A stretch of 64,000 nt of DNA from Acidobacteriota bacterium (GCA_012719355.1 JAAYAM010000018.1:35758-99757), one strand, 5' to 3'. Counted from the stretch's first letter, positions 1-10,491 are shown. The notes: generated by a model from the letters alone, not told the origin. Translations and numbers: made by a program.

Positions 1-112
1 TCTCTCGGTGGTTTCGCCCGGCGATTACAGAATCGACATGGTCGAGGGGCTCGATATGTTTCCCCAGACCTACCACTTCGAAACGGTCGTGCGGCTGACC
101 GCCGGCAGTTAA
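1..112 (+). CDS. 3' end (partial) of an upstream gene; the tail resembles RlmD/TrmA-type SAM-dependent RNA (uracil-5) methyltransferases
   Basis: The frame is open from the window edge (phase starts at nt 2). It reads ...SPGDYRIDMVEGLDMFPQTYHFETVVRLTAGS* with TAA at 110-112. The DMFPQT.H.E.V..L ending is typical of that family. Only 36 codons are visible. Confidence 0.45.
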   Translation, partial: LSVVSPGDYRIDMVEGLDMFPQTYHFETVVRLTAGS

Positions 113-136
113 CAGACGCAGCCACCGGACAAACCC

Positions 137-2800
137 GTGGCAGAATGCAATTTCCTACTGAATCAGTCACACAGGCCGCTCGCGGCCGTCGTTTTCTCGT
201 TTGCACTCGGAATAGCCGCGTCGCTCATGGTCGATGAATATGTATTCTCCGCCTTGGTCGCCGCAGATATCTGCCTCATCATCGCGTCGTTCGTGGCGCT
301 TGGGCGCAAAAGGCTCAACCTGTCCTGGATGCTCGGGATGGCTGCCGTTGCATCCGGCGGATTGCTGACAGCGCTTGCTCACCGGGATGGATTCGACGAA
401 TTCGACCTTCGGGCACATCTTGCCACGGGAGCCTTCCCGCTGGAGCAGCCGGTTTCGTTCGCAGCCTGCGTAGAGGAAAGCGAGCCGCGCGGAGAAGAGA
501 TTCTGGCCACGGTTGCACTGAAATCATTCCTGAAGAAAGACCGCTGGCTGCTCTGCAGCGGGAAGGTAATTCTGGGCATCCCGAAATCCACTGTCCACTA
601 TATGACTCCACAGCGCGGAGACGGGATCAGAGGATGGGCGACATGGCGGATTCCCCGCGACTTTCAGAACCCCGGATCGCTGCGAAGAGTGAACGTGCTG
701 AAGCGGCGCGAGATATTCGTCATCGGCAGAATGAAGTCGACTCTTCTGCTCGAGATCGTCCCCGGCGGCTGCCGCACCCCGCTGACGGAACTGGCAAATT
801 CCGCTCACAGACGAATGCAGAGAACAGTCAAGCCGCTGCAGGAAAAGGGTCTGGAACAGCCGGCTGCCATTCTCGCGAGCCTCGTCATCGGAGATTACTC
901 CGGGCTGAATGACGACACACGCGAAGCGTTCCAGAATTCAGGGACACTTCATGTCCTTGTCGTTTCCGGATTGCACGTAGCCTGGCTCTCATGGGTGGTT
1001 TTGCAGGTCTTAAGACTGGCCCGGCTGCCGGAAAGACTCAGGCTCCTGCTCACCGCTTTTCTGATCCTGTTGTACACGTGCATCGTCGGCTTTCAGGCAA
1101 GCATCAGCCGCTGCCTCTGGATGTTCCTCCTCTATCTGGCCGGCAGGATGATCCTGCGTCGGGCCGATCCAGTGAACATTCTCGTCGCCGCGGCCCTGAT
1201 TCTTCTTGCCATAGAACCGGACTGGCTGTTCGATACCGGTTTTCAGCTCTCTTTCCTTTCGGTCATGGCAATTGCGACCAATGCCGCAACTGCTGTGAAT
1301 ACGTTTCTCAAGCCGCTATGGAAACCTCTGCTGCATTGCGGGGATCAGGCTCGCCTTTTTCTCGAACCGGGCTTCTGGAATCAGAAGGGACGATACCTTC
1401 GCACCAGATGCGAAATTCTGATCGAAGCAATCGCCGATTCAAGGTTTGCTCCGGCAAGGAAAATCGCTGTCTATGGCTGCAGAATGGTCGCGACAGCGGG
1501 GCTCGCCGGGGGAAGCATGGTGCTTGTGACTGTCGTGGTCCAGCTCTGGCTGGAACCGATCCTCGCCTGCTCCTTCAACCGTCTATGCTGGATTTCGCCG
1601 TTGGCGAACCTGGTTATCGTTCCCCTCTCTTCCTTCGCACTGGCGTGCGGCATTGCAGCGACGCTTCTGGTAGACGTGCCCCTCATCGGACCCTCAATGA
1701 TTGACTTCGCAGGACAGACTGCAACCCTTCTTCTCTCCTGTGCAAACCGGATAACAATGATCCCGCTCGCCTGGGAGCGCTGCCCGACCCCTTCCGTCTT
1801 CTCCGTAGTGACTGCGGTTCTCCCACTCTCCGTCTGGAGCCTTGTCGGTTGGCGGAGATTATGGATTCCCTTCACCTATACCGCCGCTCTCCTGGCATGC
1901 TTATCCATAGGATCAGTACCACTTATAGGAGGCCTGTTTCCCGGCGACAGCGATGATCCGTGGCCGGAGGGGACGCCGCTGCTCGTATTCACCTTTCTCG
2001 ACGTAGGAGAGGGAGATTCCACCGTCATCACGTTTCCAGACAAGCGGATCTGGCTGGTCGATGCCGGCGGACTCCGGCAGGTTCCGCGAGAAGACGGAAG
2101 CAGTCCTTTCGATATCGGCGAGGCCGTCGTCAGCCGCTATCTCTGGCACCGCTGGATCAGCCGCGTTGACAGACTGATTGTTACGCACCCTGATATCGAT
2201 CACGCCGGAGGTGTACCCGCCGTGATGAACAATTTCGAAATAGGTCGGATCCATTCTCCAAGTCCAGGCCCGAATCGGATAATTGTTAAGATATTTGAAA
2301 TTGCTTCTGAGAAACTGGTCGACACAGGGATTGTCTATGCCGGCATGACTGAGCAATTAGGGCCGGTCACGGTAACAACACTCAATCCGCCGGCCGTCTC
2401 CACCGGGAATGCAAACAACGACGACTCCATAGTGTTGCGGTTTTCCTTCAACCGCTTTTCCGCCATCCTCATGGCAGATCTCGAAAAGAAGCGAGAGGCC
2501 CTGCTCGCCTCCGAGCCTGTGGAATTGAAGAGCCTGCTGCTGAAGGTGGCTCACCACGGAAGCCGCTGGAGCACTTCCGATCTCTTCCTTGAACGCGTGC
2601 AACCCACATGGGCTGTTGTTTCGGTGGGACGCAACCCGTTCGGCCATCCGTCAGAGGAGACACTCGGCCGGCTGGCGCGCCGCGGGGTTCGGACGTTTCT
2701 GACCCCAGATCAGGGGGCGGTGTCAGTGCAGACGGACGGTTTCCGGTATGTAATCAGAACCTACACCGGCGGGTTGGTTGAGCAGGGGATTCTGCCTTAG
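137..2800 (+). CDS. comEC: DNA internalization-related competence protein ComEC/Rec2 with C-terminal metallo-beta-lactamase domain
   Basis: 887-aa ORF with a GTG start. It has a polytopic membrane core carrying the ComEC signature SGTLHVLVVSGLHVAW. The C-terminal MBL motifs are VTHPDIDHAGG and KVAHHGS. Confidence 0.85.
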   Translation: MAECNFLLNQSHRPLAAVVFSFALGIAASLMVDEYVFSALVAADICLIIASFVALGRKRLNLSWMLGMAAVASGGLLTALAHRDGFDEFDLRAHLATGAFPLEQPVSFAACVEESEPRGEEILATVALKSFLKKDRWLLCSGKVILGIPKSTVHYMTPQRGDGIRGWATWRIPRDFQNPGSLRRVNVLKRREIFVIGRMKSTLLLEIVPGGCRTPLTELANSAHRRMQRTVKPLQEKGLEQPAAILASLVIGDYSGLNDDTREAFQNSGTLHVLVVSGLHVAWLSWVVLQVLRLARLPERLRLLLTAFLILLYTCIVGFQASISRCLWMFLLYLAGRMILRRADPVNILVAAALILLAIEPDWLFDTGFQLSFLSVMAIATNAATAVNTFLKPLWKPLLHCGDQARLFLEPGFWNQKGRYLRTRCEILIEAIADSRFAPARKIAVYGCRMVATAGLAGGSMVLVTVVVQLWLEPILACSFNRLCWISPLANLVIVPLSSFALACGIAATLLVDVPLIGPSMIDFAGQTATLLLSCANRITMIPLAWERCPTPSVFSVVTAVLPLSVWSLVGWRRLWIPFTYTAALLACLSIGSVPLIGGLFPGDSDDPWPEGTPLLVFTFLDVGEGDSTVITFPDKRIWLVDAGGLRQVPREDGSSPFDIGEAVVSRYLWHRWISRVDRLIVTHPDIDHAGGVPAVMNNFEIGRIHSPSPGPNRIIVKIFEIASEKLVDTGIVYAGMTEQLGPVTVTTLNPPAVSTGNANNDDSIVLRFSFNRFSAILMADLEKKREALLASEPVELKSLLLKVAHHGSRWSTSDLFLERVQPTWAVVSVGRNPFGHPSEETLGRLARRGVRTFLTPDQGAVSVQTDGFRYVIRTYTGGLVEQGILP

Positions 2801-2838
2801 GGCCACAGATTACAGGGGTGATGATGCGATCTGTGGCC
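2801..2838. terminator. Hairpin between convergent genes (candidate bidirectional terminator)
   Basis: Perfect 10-bp inverted repeat GGCCACAGAT (2801-2810) / ATCTGTGGCC (2829-2838) with an 18-nt loop. It lies in the 51-bp gap between comEC and the DHOD-like gene, and TATTTT follows a few nt later. Confidence 0.4.
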
Positions 2839-2851
2839 AGGATCTATTTTC

Positions 2852-3847
2852 CTATGCGGGCTTGCAGGACAGGAGGGTTTTCATGTACTGTGCGCGCTCG
2901 AACGCGGCGGGATCGGAGCAATACTTCTGACTCATGCTCCCCTGCAGCTGGCGTATTGACTGGTAGTCGTGTTCTGCCAGCCAGTCAGCCAGTTCATTCT
3001 CGATTTCCCGTATGATGCCAATTCCGTTCTTCAGCAGAACCGAACAGAGCATCGTGACATCCGCGCCGACCATCAGCATCTTCAGCACGTCCTGTGCGCT
3101 GTAGATCCCTCCCGTGGCCGCCATGTCGGCCTTGATTCGGCCGTAGAGAATGGCGAGCCAGCGCAGGGGAAGGCGGGCGTCCTGCGGGGTGCTGAGGTGA
3201 AAATCGGATCTGATCTCCAGTTCTTCAAGGTCGATATCCGGCTGATAGAAACGGTTGAAGAGCACGAGTCCGTTGATGCCTTCCTGATCGAGCCGTTTCG
3301 CCATGTTCGACATGTTGCTGAAGAACGGGCTCATCTTCATGGCCACCGGAATGCTGACCACGGATTTGACCGCCTTGGCGATATCGATATATGTCTGCTC
3401 AATCTCGACTGCAGTACGGTCCATCTCAGTCGGGATGTAGTATACGTTCAGCTCAATGGCATCGGCCCCCGCCTGCTGCATCTTCCTGGAATAATCGATC
3501 CAGCCGCCGATTGCCATGCCGTTCAGACTGGCGATAACGGGAATCCCCACCATTTCTTTCGCCCGGCGGATCTTGTTCAAATACTCTTCCGGACCCGATA
3601 TGAATTCGCCCGGCTGCGGGAAAAAAGTCTGGGCTTCCGCGAAGCTGTCCGTGCCGTACATCAGGTGATACTGGACCGCGTCGTATTCACTCCGGACCTG
3701 CTCCTCGAACAGAGAATGAAGCACCACGGCCGACGCACCCGCATCTTCCATTCGTTTGATGTTGTCCAACTCGTTCGAAAGAGGAGAAGCCGACGGCACC
3801 AATGGAGTGCGTAAGTTCAATCCCAAATATCTGGCAGTTAAATCCAT
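2852..3847 (-). CDS. Dihydroorotate dehydrogenase-like (PyrD/PreA family TIM-barrel flavoprotein)
   Basis: MDLTARYLGLNLRTPLVPSASPLS... is the typical N-terminus of DHOD-like proteins, and later motifs (IPVIASLNG, VSIPVAMKMSP, GLVLFNRF, ATGGI) fit the family. I trimmed the track ORF (to 3880) to the ATG at 3847, which has GGAG 7 nt upstream. Confidence 0.75.
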   Translation of the reverse strand: MDLTARYLGLNLRTPLVPSASPLSNELDNIKRMEDAGASAVVLHSLFEEQVRSEYDAVQYHLMYGTDSFAEAQTFFPQPGEFISGPEEYLNKIRRAKEMVGIPVIASLNGMAIGGWIDYSRKMQQAGADAIELNVYYIPTEMDRTAVEIEQTYIDIAKAVKSVVSIPVAMKMSPFFSNMSNMAKRLDQEGINGLVLFNRFYQPDIDLEELEIRSDFHLSTPQDARLPLRWLAILYGRIKADMAATGGIYSAQDVLKMLMVGADVTMLCSVLLKNGIGIIREIENELADWLAEHDYQSIRQLQGSMSQKYCSDPAAFERAQYMKTLLSCKPA

Positions 3848-3921
3848 AAATTTCTCCGGATGATTAAAGTCATGAATCAAGCCGTGCGACTTCGAGCCGA
3901 CGTTCGATTCCCGTAATGAAT

Positions 3922-6669
3922 TTACAGGTCTATCTCGGCTCTTACAACGCCCTCTTCCGCCAAATAACGGCGGCGGAATCCCAGCCGATCACATACCCTC
4001 AGCATATCCCGGTTTTCGGGCAGGACGTCTCCGAATATCCGGGTCAGTTTCTCTTTGCGCCCGATCTCAACCAGACGCTTCAGGAGTTCCCTTCCCAGCC
4101 CTCGGTGATGCCAGTTGTCACTGACAAGAACGGCAAATTCGCCTTCCCTCGTGCCGCGCAGCAGAATCAGGCGCCCGACGGCGAGGATCTGCTGTTCCTC
4201 CGTCGACGGATCCCGGTGCAGGACCACAAGCGCCATTTCACGCTCATAATCGATGAAACAGATGCGGGTAAGCCGCTCGTGCGCGATGCGCTGCGTCAGC
4301 CGCATTGCGTGAAAATAACGGAAATACACGCTGCGCTCCGAGAGTGTCTCGTGAAACTTGACCATCAGGGGCTCGTCCTCCGGCCGGATCGGACGGATCG
4401 TAACAGGCGTGCTGTCGGGCATGGTCCACTGAGAGACATATTGAGTCGGATAAGGGCGAATCGCCAGCTCAGGGATCGTCTTTGGATCAACATCGGCCGC
4501 ATGAACTATGATGCGCGCATCGAGTGCGAGCATCCTTTCGGGAGAAACCAGAAGCGGATTCACGTCGATTTCCCTGATCCATCTCTGTTCGACCACCAGA
4601 AGGCTGAACTGCACCAGGAGTTGTTCGAGTGCAGCCAGATCAATATCCGGCCGGTTGGCTTTCAAGGCCCGGTAGATCTGGGTCTGTTCCATGAGCCGAC
4701 GCGCAAGCGTTACGGTAAGAGGAGGAAGCCCGAGCGCACGGTCGCGGTAGAAATTGAGCACTCTTCCTCCGGATCCAAACAGCAACACCGGACCGAATTG
4801 CGGATCGAGGGTACTGCCTATGATAATGTCGTAACCGTCGAAACGTATCATCGGCTGCACCGTGACGCCCTGAAAGTCATCGCTTCCGAAGTGTTTCTCC
4901 ACCGTCGTCCTGATCTTACGGTAGGCCGAACGCACCGCGCCGGCATCGGTCAGATTCAGCAATACCCCGCCCGCCTGCGCCTTGTGCGCGATTGTGCTGG
5001 ACGCGAGTTTCAGTACCACCGGATATCCTATCTGCTCGGCAGCCCTGACCGCCTCATCCTCTTCCCGCATCATCAGGGTTTCGACCACCGGGATCCCATA
5101 CGACTCCAGTATTCTCTTGGAATCAAATTCATTGATCAGTTCACGCCCGGAATTGCGGGCTTCCTGGATCAGGCGTTCAGCCAGATCCCGGTCACGTACA
5201 GATTCCATCGCCTGGGAAAGGGTGGGAGTTTCGTACAGGCCACGCAGGTTGTAGGTGTAGCGCCACATGTAGTTGAAGATTCTTACGGCGGTATCAGGAT
5301 ACGGAAACGTCGGAATGTTGCTGCGATTGAGTATAGTCTCTCCCGTGGCCACATCGGCGCCTCCCATCCAGCTAGCAAGGATAGGTTTGCCGTCGAGTTT
5401 TGCCAGCGGTTTTAGCTGTTCCGCCGTACGCGTCGAATCGGTATTTGCCTGCGGGGTTAGTATCACCAGCACGCCGTCACTGTTCGGGTCTTTCGCCGCA
5501 ATCTCCACGCTGCTCTGGTACCGTTCGGGAGAAGCGTCTCCAAGAATGTCGATTGGATTGCTGTGGCTCCAGTGCTGGGGGAGGATACGATCCAGCGAGT
5601 CCATGGACTCCTGAGTAAGGGTTGCCAGTTCACCCCCGCTCCCTATCAGGGCATCAGTCGCAAGGACACCGAGTCCGCCTGCGTTTGTGACGATCGCCAG
5701 GCGGGGCCCTTTTGGCCGCGGCTGCTTCGCCAGCACTTCAGCCATGTCAAACAGATCCGAGATATCGTTGACGCGCAGGACTCCTCCTCTGCGGAATGCC
5801 GCGTCGAGAACGTCGTCGGATCCCGTGAGCGACCCTGTGTGAGAAGCGGCGGCCCTCCCGGCGGCTTCCGTCCGCCCCGCCTTCATAACGATTATGGGCT
5901 TGGTTAGCGCGACCTCGCGGGCGGCCGACAGGAATGACCTGGCGTCGCCGACCGATTCCATGTACATCACTATGCTGCGGGTCCTCTGGTCATCACCAAG
6001 GTAATCGATCAGGTCACCCCACCCGACATCAACCATAGATCCGATCGAGATAAAGCAGCTGAATCCGACCATTTCGCGAAGGCTCCAGTCGAGCACCGCA
6101 GTGCACAGGGCTCCGCTCTGGCTGATGAAGGCGACGTTCCCTGGCCTTGCCATTCCGACCGCGAAGGTCGCATTCAACCCGGTCAGGGGGCTCATGACTC
6201 CAAGGCAGTTCGGACCTATGACACGCATTCTCCCCCGCCTGGCATTCATCAGAATCACTTCTTCCAGCTGTGCCCCCGCGGGACCGGTCTCTCTGAAGCC
6301 GGCAGAGAGTATGATTGCTCCCTTCACCCCGGCATCTACGCACTCTGCGATAAGCCCTGGTACCGTCTCGGGCGGAGTTGCCACGACAGCAAGATCCACT
6401 TTTTCCGGAACTGCCGCTACGCTGGGGTATGCTTTGATGCCAAGGACACTGGCGCGGTTGGGATTGACGGGAAAAACCGTTCCGCCGAAAGGGTTGGTGA
6501 ACAGATTCCACAGGACCGTGCGTCCCATGCTGCCTGCGGTCTCGGTCGCCCCCAGCACGGCAACAGTCCTGGGGGAAAAGAAGACGCTTATCGGTTGATT
6601 CGTCGGCCTGAGGATATTATCCGAGAAGTCCAGCCGCGGAACAGATTTGGCATCTCTGTCGGAAATCAT
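3922..6669 (-). CDS. Bifunctional ADP-forming acetyl-CoA synthetase-like / GNAT N-acetyltransferase (Pat/PatZ-type protein lysine acetyltransferase architecture)
   Basis: The N-terminus has a CoA-binding domain ([21 protein letters not shown]), followed by succinyl-CoA-synthetase-like and ATP-grasp segments. The C-terminus is a GNAT domain ([19 protein letters not shown]). The track ORF extends to 6801; the ATG at 6669 (MISDRDAK...) fits the family N-terminus better. Confidence 0.8.
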   Translation of the reverse strand: MISDRDAKSVPRLDFSDNILRPTNQPISVFFSPRTVAVLGATETAGSMGRTVLWNLFTNPFGGTVFPVNPNRASVLGIKAYPSVAAVPEKVDLAVVATPPETVPGLIAECVDAGVKGAIILSAGFRETGPAGAQLEEVILMNARRGRMRVIGPNCLGVMSPLTGLNATFAVGMARPGNVAFISQSGALCTAVLDWSLREMVGFSCFISIGSMVDVGWGDLIDYLGDDQRTRSIVMYMESVGDARSFLSAAREVALTKPIIVMKAGRTEAAGRAAASHTGSLTGSDDVLDAAFRRGGVLRVNDISDLFDMAEVLAKQPRPKGPRLAIVTNAGGLGVLATDALIGSGGELATLTQESMDSLDRILPQHWSHSNPIDILGDASPERYQSSVEIAAKDPNSDGVLVILTPQANTDSTRTAEQLKPLAKLDGKPILASWMGGADVATGETILNRSNIPTFPYPDTAVRIFNYMWRYTYNLRGLYETPTLSQAMESVRDRDLAERLIQEARNSGRELINEFDSKRILESYGIPVVETLMMREEDEAVRAAEQIGYPVVLKLASSTIAHKAQAGGVLLNLTDAGAVRSAYRKIRTTVEKHFGSDDFQGVTVQPMIRFDGYDIIIGSTLDPQFGPVLLFGSGGRVLNFYRDRALGLPPLTVTLARRLMEQTQIYRALKANRPDIDLAALEQLLVQFSLLVVEQRWIREIDVNPLLVSPERMLALDARIIVHAADVDPKTIPELAIRPYPTQYVSQWTMPDSTPVTIRPIRPEDEPLMVKFHETLSERSVYFRYFHAMRLTQRIAHERLTRICFIDYEREMALVVLHRDPSTEEQQILAVGRLILLRGTREGEFAVLVSDNWHHRGLGRELLKRLVEIGRKEKLTRIFGDVLPENRDMLRVCDRLGFRRRYLAEEGVVRAEIDL

Positions 6670-6803
6670 AAAAGTCCTGGCTTCAACGACAAACTTACCG
6701 GCCCGCACCGGCCGGAACGAGGGGGAAGCATAATCAGCGAACCGATATTTTATTACCAATAGGCTGCTGACGCAAACTCCGCGAAGTCGTCTGCACCGCA
6801 CAA

Positions 6804-6817
6804 ACGTATATATACGT
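6804..6817. promoter_or_regulatory. Perfect 14-bp palindrome ACGTATATATACGT in a divergent promoter region
   Basis: Read directly from the sequence. It lies between the Pat-like gene (start 6669) and the secreted-protein gene (start 6943). Its TATATA core could equally be a -10 element. Confidence 0.3.
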
Positions 6818-6942
6818 AGTATCGTTCGACGGTTTCAGAAGGATTGTGCGCTCTCACGGCGAAAATTTGAACTATAGTGGTCCCGGACGAAATCTAATAC
6901 ATCAATAAGAGAGAGGCAGAAGGCGTTTGGGAGGAAGAATCG

Positions 6943-7737
6943 ATGCAAAGACGAGCGAATTTCCGGATCCTCTTTATTACGTTGCTTTTCTTTTCCGCGT
7001 TCTCGATCGGAATGTCTCAGGAAGTTCAAAAGTCCGAGCAGGAACATACATTCCGTGCCGTCGTACCGGAAGGGACGGTGATTCCCATAGTATTGACGGC
7101 GTACCTGAACAGCCGCAGCAGCCAGCCGGGAGACAGGTTGTACGCCGATACGACCTATCCTATCTGGATTGCTCAAAAGCTTGTAATTCCAAAAGGATCC
7201 ACCATCCGGGGGACGGTCACGGCAGTCAAGAGACCCGGACGCATCAAAGGCAAAGGCCAGATAGCGGTTCGGTTTGACGATATCCTGCTGCCCAACGGCG
7301 TCATGCGTAATCTTGTCGCGACGTTTCGTGGAATCCACGGCCCGGGAGAGGAGACTGTCGACCGCAGCAAGGAGTCTGTCGAGTCGGGTTCATCGACAGG
7401 GACAGACGCAGGAACGGTCGTGGGCACCGCCGGCACAGGCGCCGTAATAGGAGTGTTAGCGGGAAACGCCAAAGGAGCGGGAATCGGAGCCGGCGTAGGC
7501 GCCGCAGCAGGACTGGCAGCAGTGCTGTTCTCGCGCGGACGCGACCTTGTGCTCAGCCCGGGCACTCAGTTTGATCTGGAGCTCATGAGCGAGCTGAAAT
7601 TCGACTATAACGAACTCGATTTCAGTCAGTCACAACTTGAGAACGCGCAACGAAACATAAGGATGACCCCGCGACCGCCTCAGGAAGTGAGACCTCCCAC
7701 CACTATTCCGGGAGTGGGTTTGCCGCGCCCTTTTTGA
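6943..7737 (+). CDS. Secreted hypothetical protein with a glycine-zipper segment
   Basis: Signal peptide MQRRANFRILFITLLFFSAFSIGMSQE. A beta-rich region follows (VVPEGTVIPIVLTAYLNS...PKGSTIRGTV), then a Gly/Ala zipper GTAGTGAVIGVLAGNAKGAGIGAGVGAAAGLAAV. GGAGG lies upstream of the ATG. Confidence 0.6.
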   Translation: MQRRANFRILFITLLFFSAFSIGMSQEVQKSEQEHTFRAVVPEGTVIPIVLTAYLNSRSSQPGDRLYADTTYPIWIAQKLVIPKGSTIRGTVTAVKRPGRIKGKGQIAVRFDDILLPNGVMRNLVATFRGIHGPGEETVDRSKESVESGSSTGTDAGTVVGTAGTGAVIGVLAGNAKGAGIGAGVGAAAGLAAVLFSRGRDLVLSPGTQFDLELMSELKFDYNELDFSQSQLENAQRNIRMTPRPPQEVRPPTTIPGVGLPRPF

Positions 7738-7896
7738 CACCGTAAAGAGGAGTCACAGCCCGTTTACGATTTCTGCCACAGCTTCAATCTCCCCGGCCGG
7801 CGCTGCAGTCACGCCACTCCCGGCATCACTAAGATCATGTGTACTGTTTGAATTTACAGGTTGATTCTGTTTCCCACCTCGGTAAGAATATCGTCC

Positions 7897-10491
7897 ATGG
7901 ATTCTGCAATAATAGGTCGTATCGCACAGGACACCGCCATTCCGGAAAGCTCCGTCGCGGCTGCTGTCTCTTTGTTTGAAAAGGGTTGCACAGGCCCGTT
8001 CATCGTTCACTACCGCAAAGAAATAACCGGAAGCCTGGACGAAAACAAGGTGCGCGCCATTCAGGAGCGGATGATTTACTATCGGGAACTGCGCGACCAG
8101 CAGGAAGCCCTTTTGAAACTCATCGCAGAGCAGGGAAAACTGACGGATCAGCTGCGGGAAAAGGTGGAGAGTTGTTTCACAAGGGCCGAACTGGACGATC
8201 TGCATCACCAGTTCCGTCCCAGAAAGAAAAGCCGCGCAGCGGAAGCGATTGAAAAGGGGCTCGAGCCGCTGGCGGAGTATTTCTGGAACCAGGAAGTCGA
8301 CGCCTGGAGTGTGGAAGAGCACGTCAGCGTCTTCGTGGATCCCGAAAAAGGTGTCACGACACGCGAACAGGCTCTCCAGGGTGTCGTCGATATTATTGCC
8401 GAATGGATCTGGGGCAATCTCGATCACCGCAGGACCCTGCGGGAAATGCTCTGGAATGAAGGTTCTGTCGTTTCCTCCGTAGTTCCGGCCAAAGTCGGGC
8501 AGAAGACCAAGTACAACATGTACTACGAGCGCAGGGAGTCGGTAAAGACTATCCCCTCACATCGTGTTCTGGCCATCCGCCGGGGCTGTAAGGAAGGGAT
8601 TCTTATATCCTCCATCGAAGGGGACAACTCGCGGGCCATCGAGTTTCTGCTGAACTCGGTGATAAAGGACCGGGAATCAGTGTTTGCTCCGGTTCTGGAG
8701 GCCGCCGTGCGAGAGAGCTACAACCGCATCCTCCGGCCTATGGTAGAGACGAAGGTGCGGGCCCAGCTGAAAGAAAAAGCAGACAGGGAAGCGATTCGGG
8801 TCTTTCAGGAGAACCTGTCCAACCTGTTGCTCTCCCCTCCCGCCGGCCGGATAGTCGTGATGGGAGTGGATTGGGGAAAAGGGGATGAATGCAGCGTAGC
8901 TGTAGTCGATGAGTCAGGGAAATTCCTGGAGGCGGCGAAGGTAAAATTTACACCGAAGCAGGAAGCGGCCCCTCCAGTTGAGCCTCAGCCCGCTGATGAG
9001 ACGGAACCGTCGCCTGCAGAGCAGGAGCCCACGGCCGGTGAACCGACAGAGGCTTCCGGCGAGAACATGACTGAAGACGCGCCGGAGCCGCAGCGAACCG
9101 AAGATGCCCGCACCGAGCTGCGGCGCCTGATAACCACCCACAAAGTCCAGGCAATCGCTATCGGGACCGGAACCGGTGCCCGTGAACTTGAAACGGCACT
9201 GCGGGAGATCGTGGCCGAGGAAAACCTGGGAGAGGTTCTGATTGCGGCGGTTAATGACGCCGGCATCGCCATTTATTCCTCTTCCCGCATCGCCCGCGAG
9301 GAGTTTCCCGAATGGACCGCATCAGCGCGCTGCGCGGTCAGCCTTGCCCGCAGGCTTCAGGATCCCCTCTCCGAACTCGTCAAGATCGACCCAAAACTCA
9401 TAGGGGTCGGACAATACCAGCACGATGTAGACCAGAAGGAACTACACCGTGGCCTTGTCCAGACAGTCCAGTACTGCGTCAACAAAGTAGGGGTCAATCT
9501 GAATACGGCTGGCGAATCCCTGCTGCGCTATGTCTCCGGACTGAATGAGAAACTCGCGCGCAGGATCGTCTCCTGCAGGACGGCCCAGGGGCCGTTCCGC
9601 TCGCGCGAGTCGCTCAGATCGGCGGTGGGGATGGACGATCAGACATACCAGCAGTGCGCTGGCTTTCTGCGCATTTCCGACGGCGAGAACGCGCTCGATC
9701 GGACGGCGGTTCACCCGGAGACTTATCCTATCGTCGAAGGAATGGCTTCAGCGATCGGCAGCGGAATTCCCGAACTCATCGGCAACCGGGAACTCGTTTC
9801 CTCTTTGAAAATGGAGGAGTTCGTCACAGACACGGTCGGAATCCCGACATTGGAAGACATTCGCGAGGAACTCATACGACCGGGCCGCGATCCGAGAAAG
9901 ACCTTCAAGCTTCCCAAATTCAGAGCGGATGTGAAGGAGCTTGCAGACCTCAAGACCGGCATGACGCTCGAAGGAACCGTGACAAATGTAACGAACTTCG
10001 GCGCCTTCGTCGATATCGGGGTACGCCAGGATGGGCTGGTGCATCTGAGCCAGATGTCCAACCGCTTCATTCGGGATCCGAGGGAAGCTGTTAAGGTCGG
10101 GGATGTAGTGCAGGTCAAGGTGATCTCTGTTGAGCCGGAGACCAAGAGGATCGGGCTTTCGATGAAGGCTCTGCTGCCCGCAGTGCAGAGGCGGCGCAAG
10201 AAGCCACAGAGACGCACGGCAAAAGCGGCGGCGACATCCGCGGAAGAGACGACCTCGGCGGTGAATGCCGCCGAAACTGCATCGGCACCGGCGGTCGGAC
10301 CCCGCCCGAAACCGAACAGGCAGGTGGAGGGGGAGCATCGCCAGCGAAAGAAGAGCGTCAGAAAGCAGGAGAGAAAACCGGAGCGACCGGATGAGGGAGA
10401 ACCGGAGAGAGAAGCCGACCCTGGGGCACCCGAACCTTCGCTCCAGGAAAAGATCGCGATTCTTCAGTCCAAGTTTCGCAGAATCAATTAA
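7897..10491 (+). CDS. tex: Tex-family RNA-binding transcriptional accessory protein (S1 domain)
   Basis: The Tex N-terminus is IAQDTAIPESSVAAAVSLFEKGCTGPFIVHYRKE. A YqgF/RuvC-like core and HhH region (GVNLNTAGESLLRYVSGL) follow. The C-terminal S1 domain is GMTLEGTVTNVTNFGAFVDIGVRQDGLVHLSQM. I trimmed the track ORF (from 7861) to the ATG at 7897. Confidence 0.85.
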   Translation: MDSAIIGRIAQDTAIPESSVAAAVSLFEKGCTGPFIVHYRKEITGSLDENKVRAIQERMIYYRELRDQQEALLKLIAEQGKLTDQLREKVESCFTRAELDDLHHQFRPRKKSRAAEAIEKGLEPLAEYFWNQEVDAWSVEEHVSVFVDPEKGVTTREQALQGVVDIIAEWIWGNLDHRRTLREMLWNEGSVVSSVVPAKVGQKTKYNMYYERRESVKTIPSHRVLAIRRGCKEGILISSIEGDNSRAIEFLLNSVIKDRESVFAPVLEAAVRESYNRILRPMVETKVRAQLKEKADREAIRVFQENLSNLLLSPPAGRIVVMGVDWGKGDECSVAVVDESGKFLEAAKVKFTPKQEAAPPVEPQPADETEPSPAEQEPTAGEPTEASGENMTEDAPEPQRTEDARTELRRLITTHKVQAIAIGTGTGARELETALREIVAEENLGEVLIAAVNDAGIAIYSSSRIAREEFPEWTASARCAVSLARRLQDPLSELVKIDPKLIGVGQYQHDVDQKELHRGLVQTVQYCVNKVGVNLNTAGESLLRYVSGLNEKLARRIVSCRTAQGPFRSRESLRSAVGMDDQTYQQCAGFLRISDGENALDRTAVHPETYPIVEGMASAIGSGIPELIGNRELVSSLKMEEFVTDTVGIPTLEDIREELIRPGRDPRKTFKLPKFRADVKELADLKTGMTLEGTVTNVTNFGAFVDIGVRQDGLVHLSQMSNRFIRDPREAVKVGDVVQVKVISVEPETKRIGLSMKALLPAVQRRRKKPQRRTAKAAATSAEETTSAVNAAETASAPAVGPRPKPNRQVEGEHRQRKKSVRKQERKPERPDEGEPEREADPGAPEPSLQEKIAILQSKFRRIN

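Noticed and set aside
3916-5415. 499-aa plus-strand ORF, and similar long ORFs antisense to confident genes: 13696..14559, 17442..18212, 20855..21802, 24738..25706, 28946..30151, 42943..43542, 49682..50560, 53505..54302, 57659..58432, 58546..59373 and 62277..63482.
   Set aside because: Each lies entirely opposite a gene with clear family motifs. Their translations are Arg/Pro/Gly/His-rich low-information sequence with no motifs, as expected for mirror-frame ORFs in GC-rich DNA.
7753-8427. 224-aa minus-strand ORF spanning the tex start region.
   Set aside because: It overlaps the well-supported Tex N-terminus on the opposite strand, and it has no recognisable motif or RBS.
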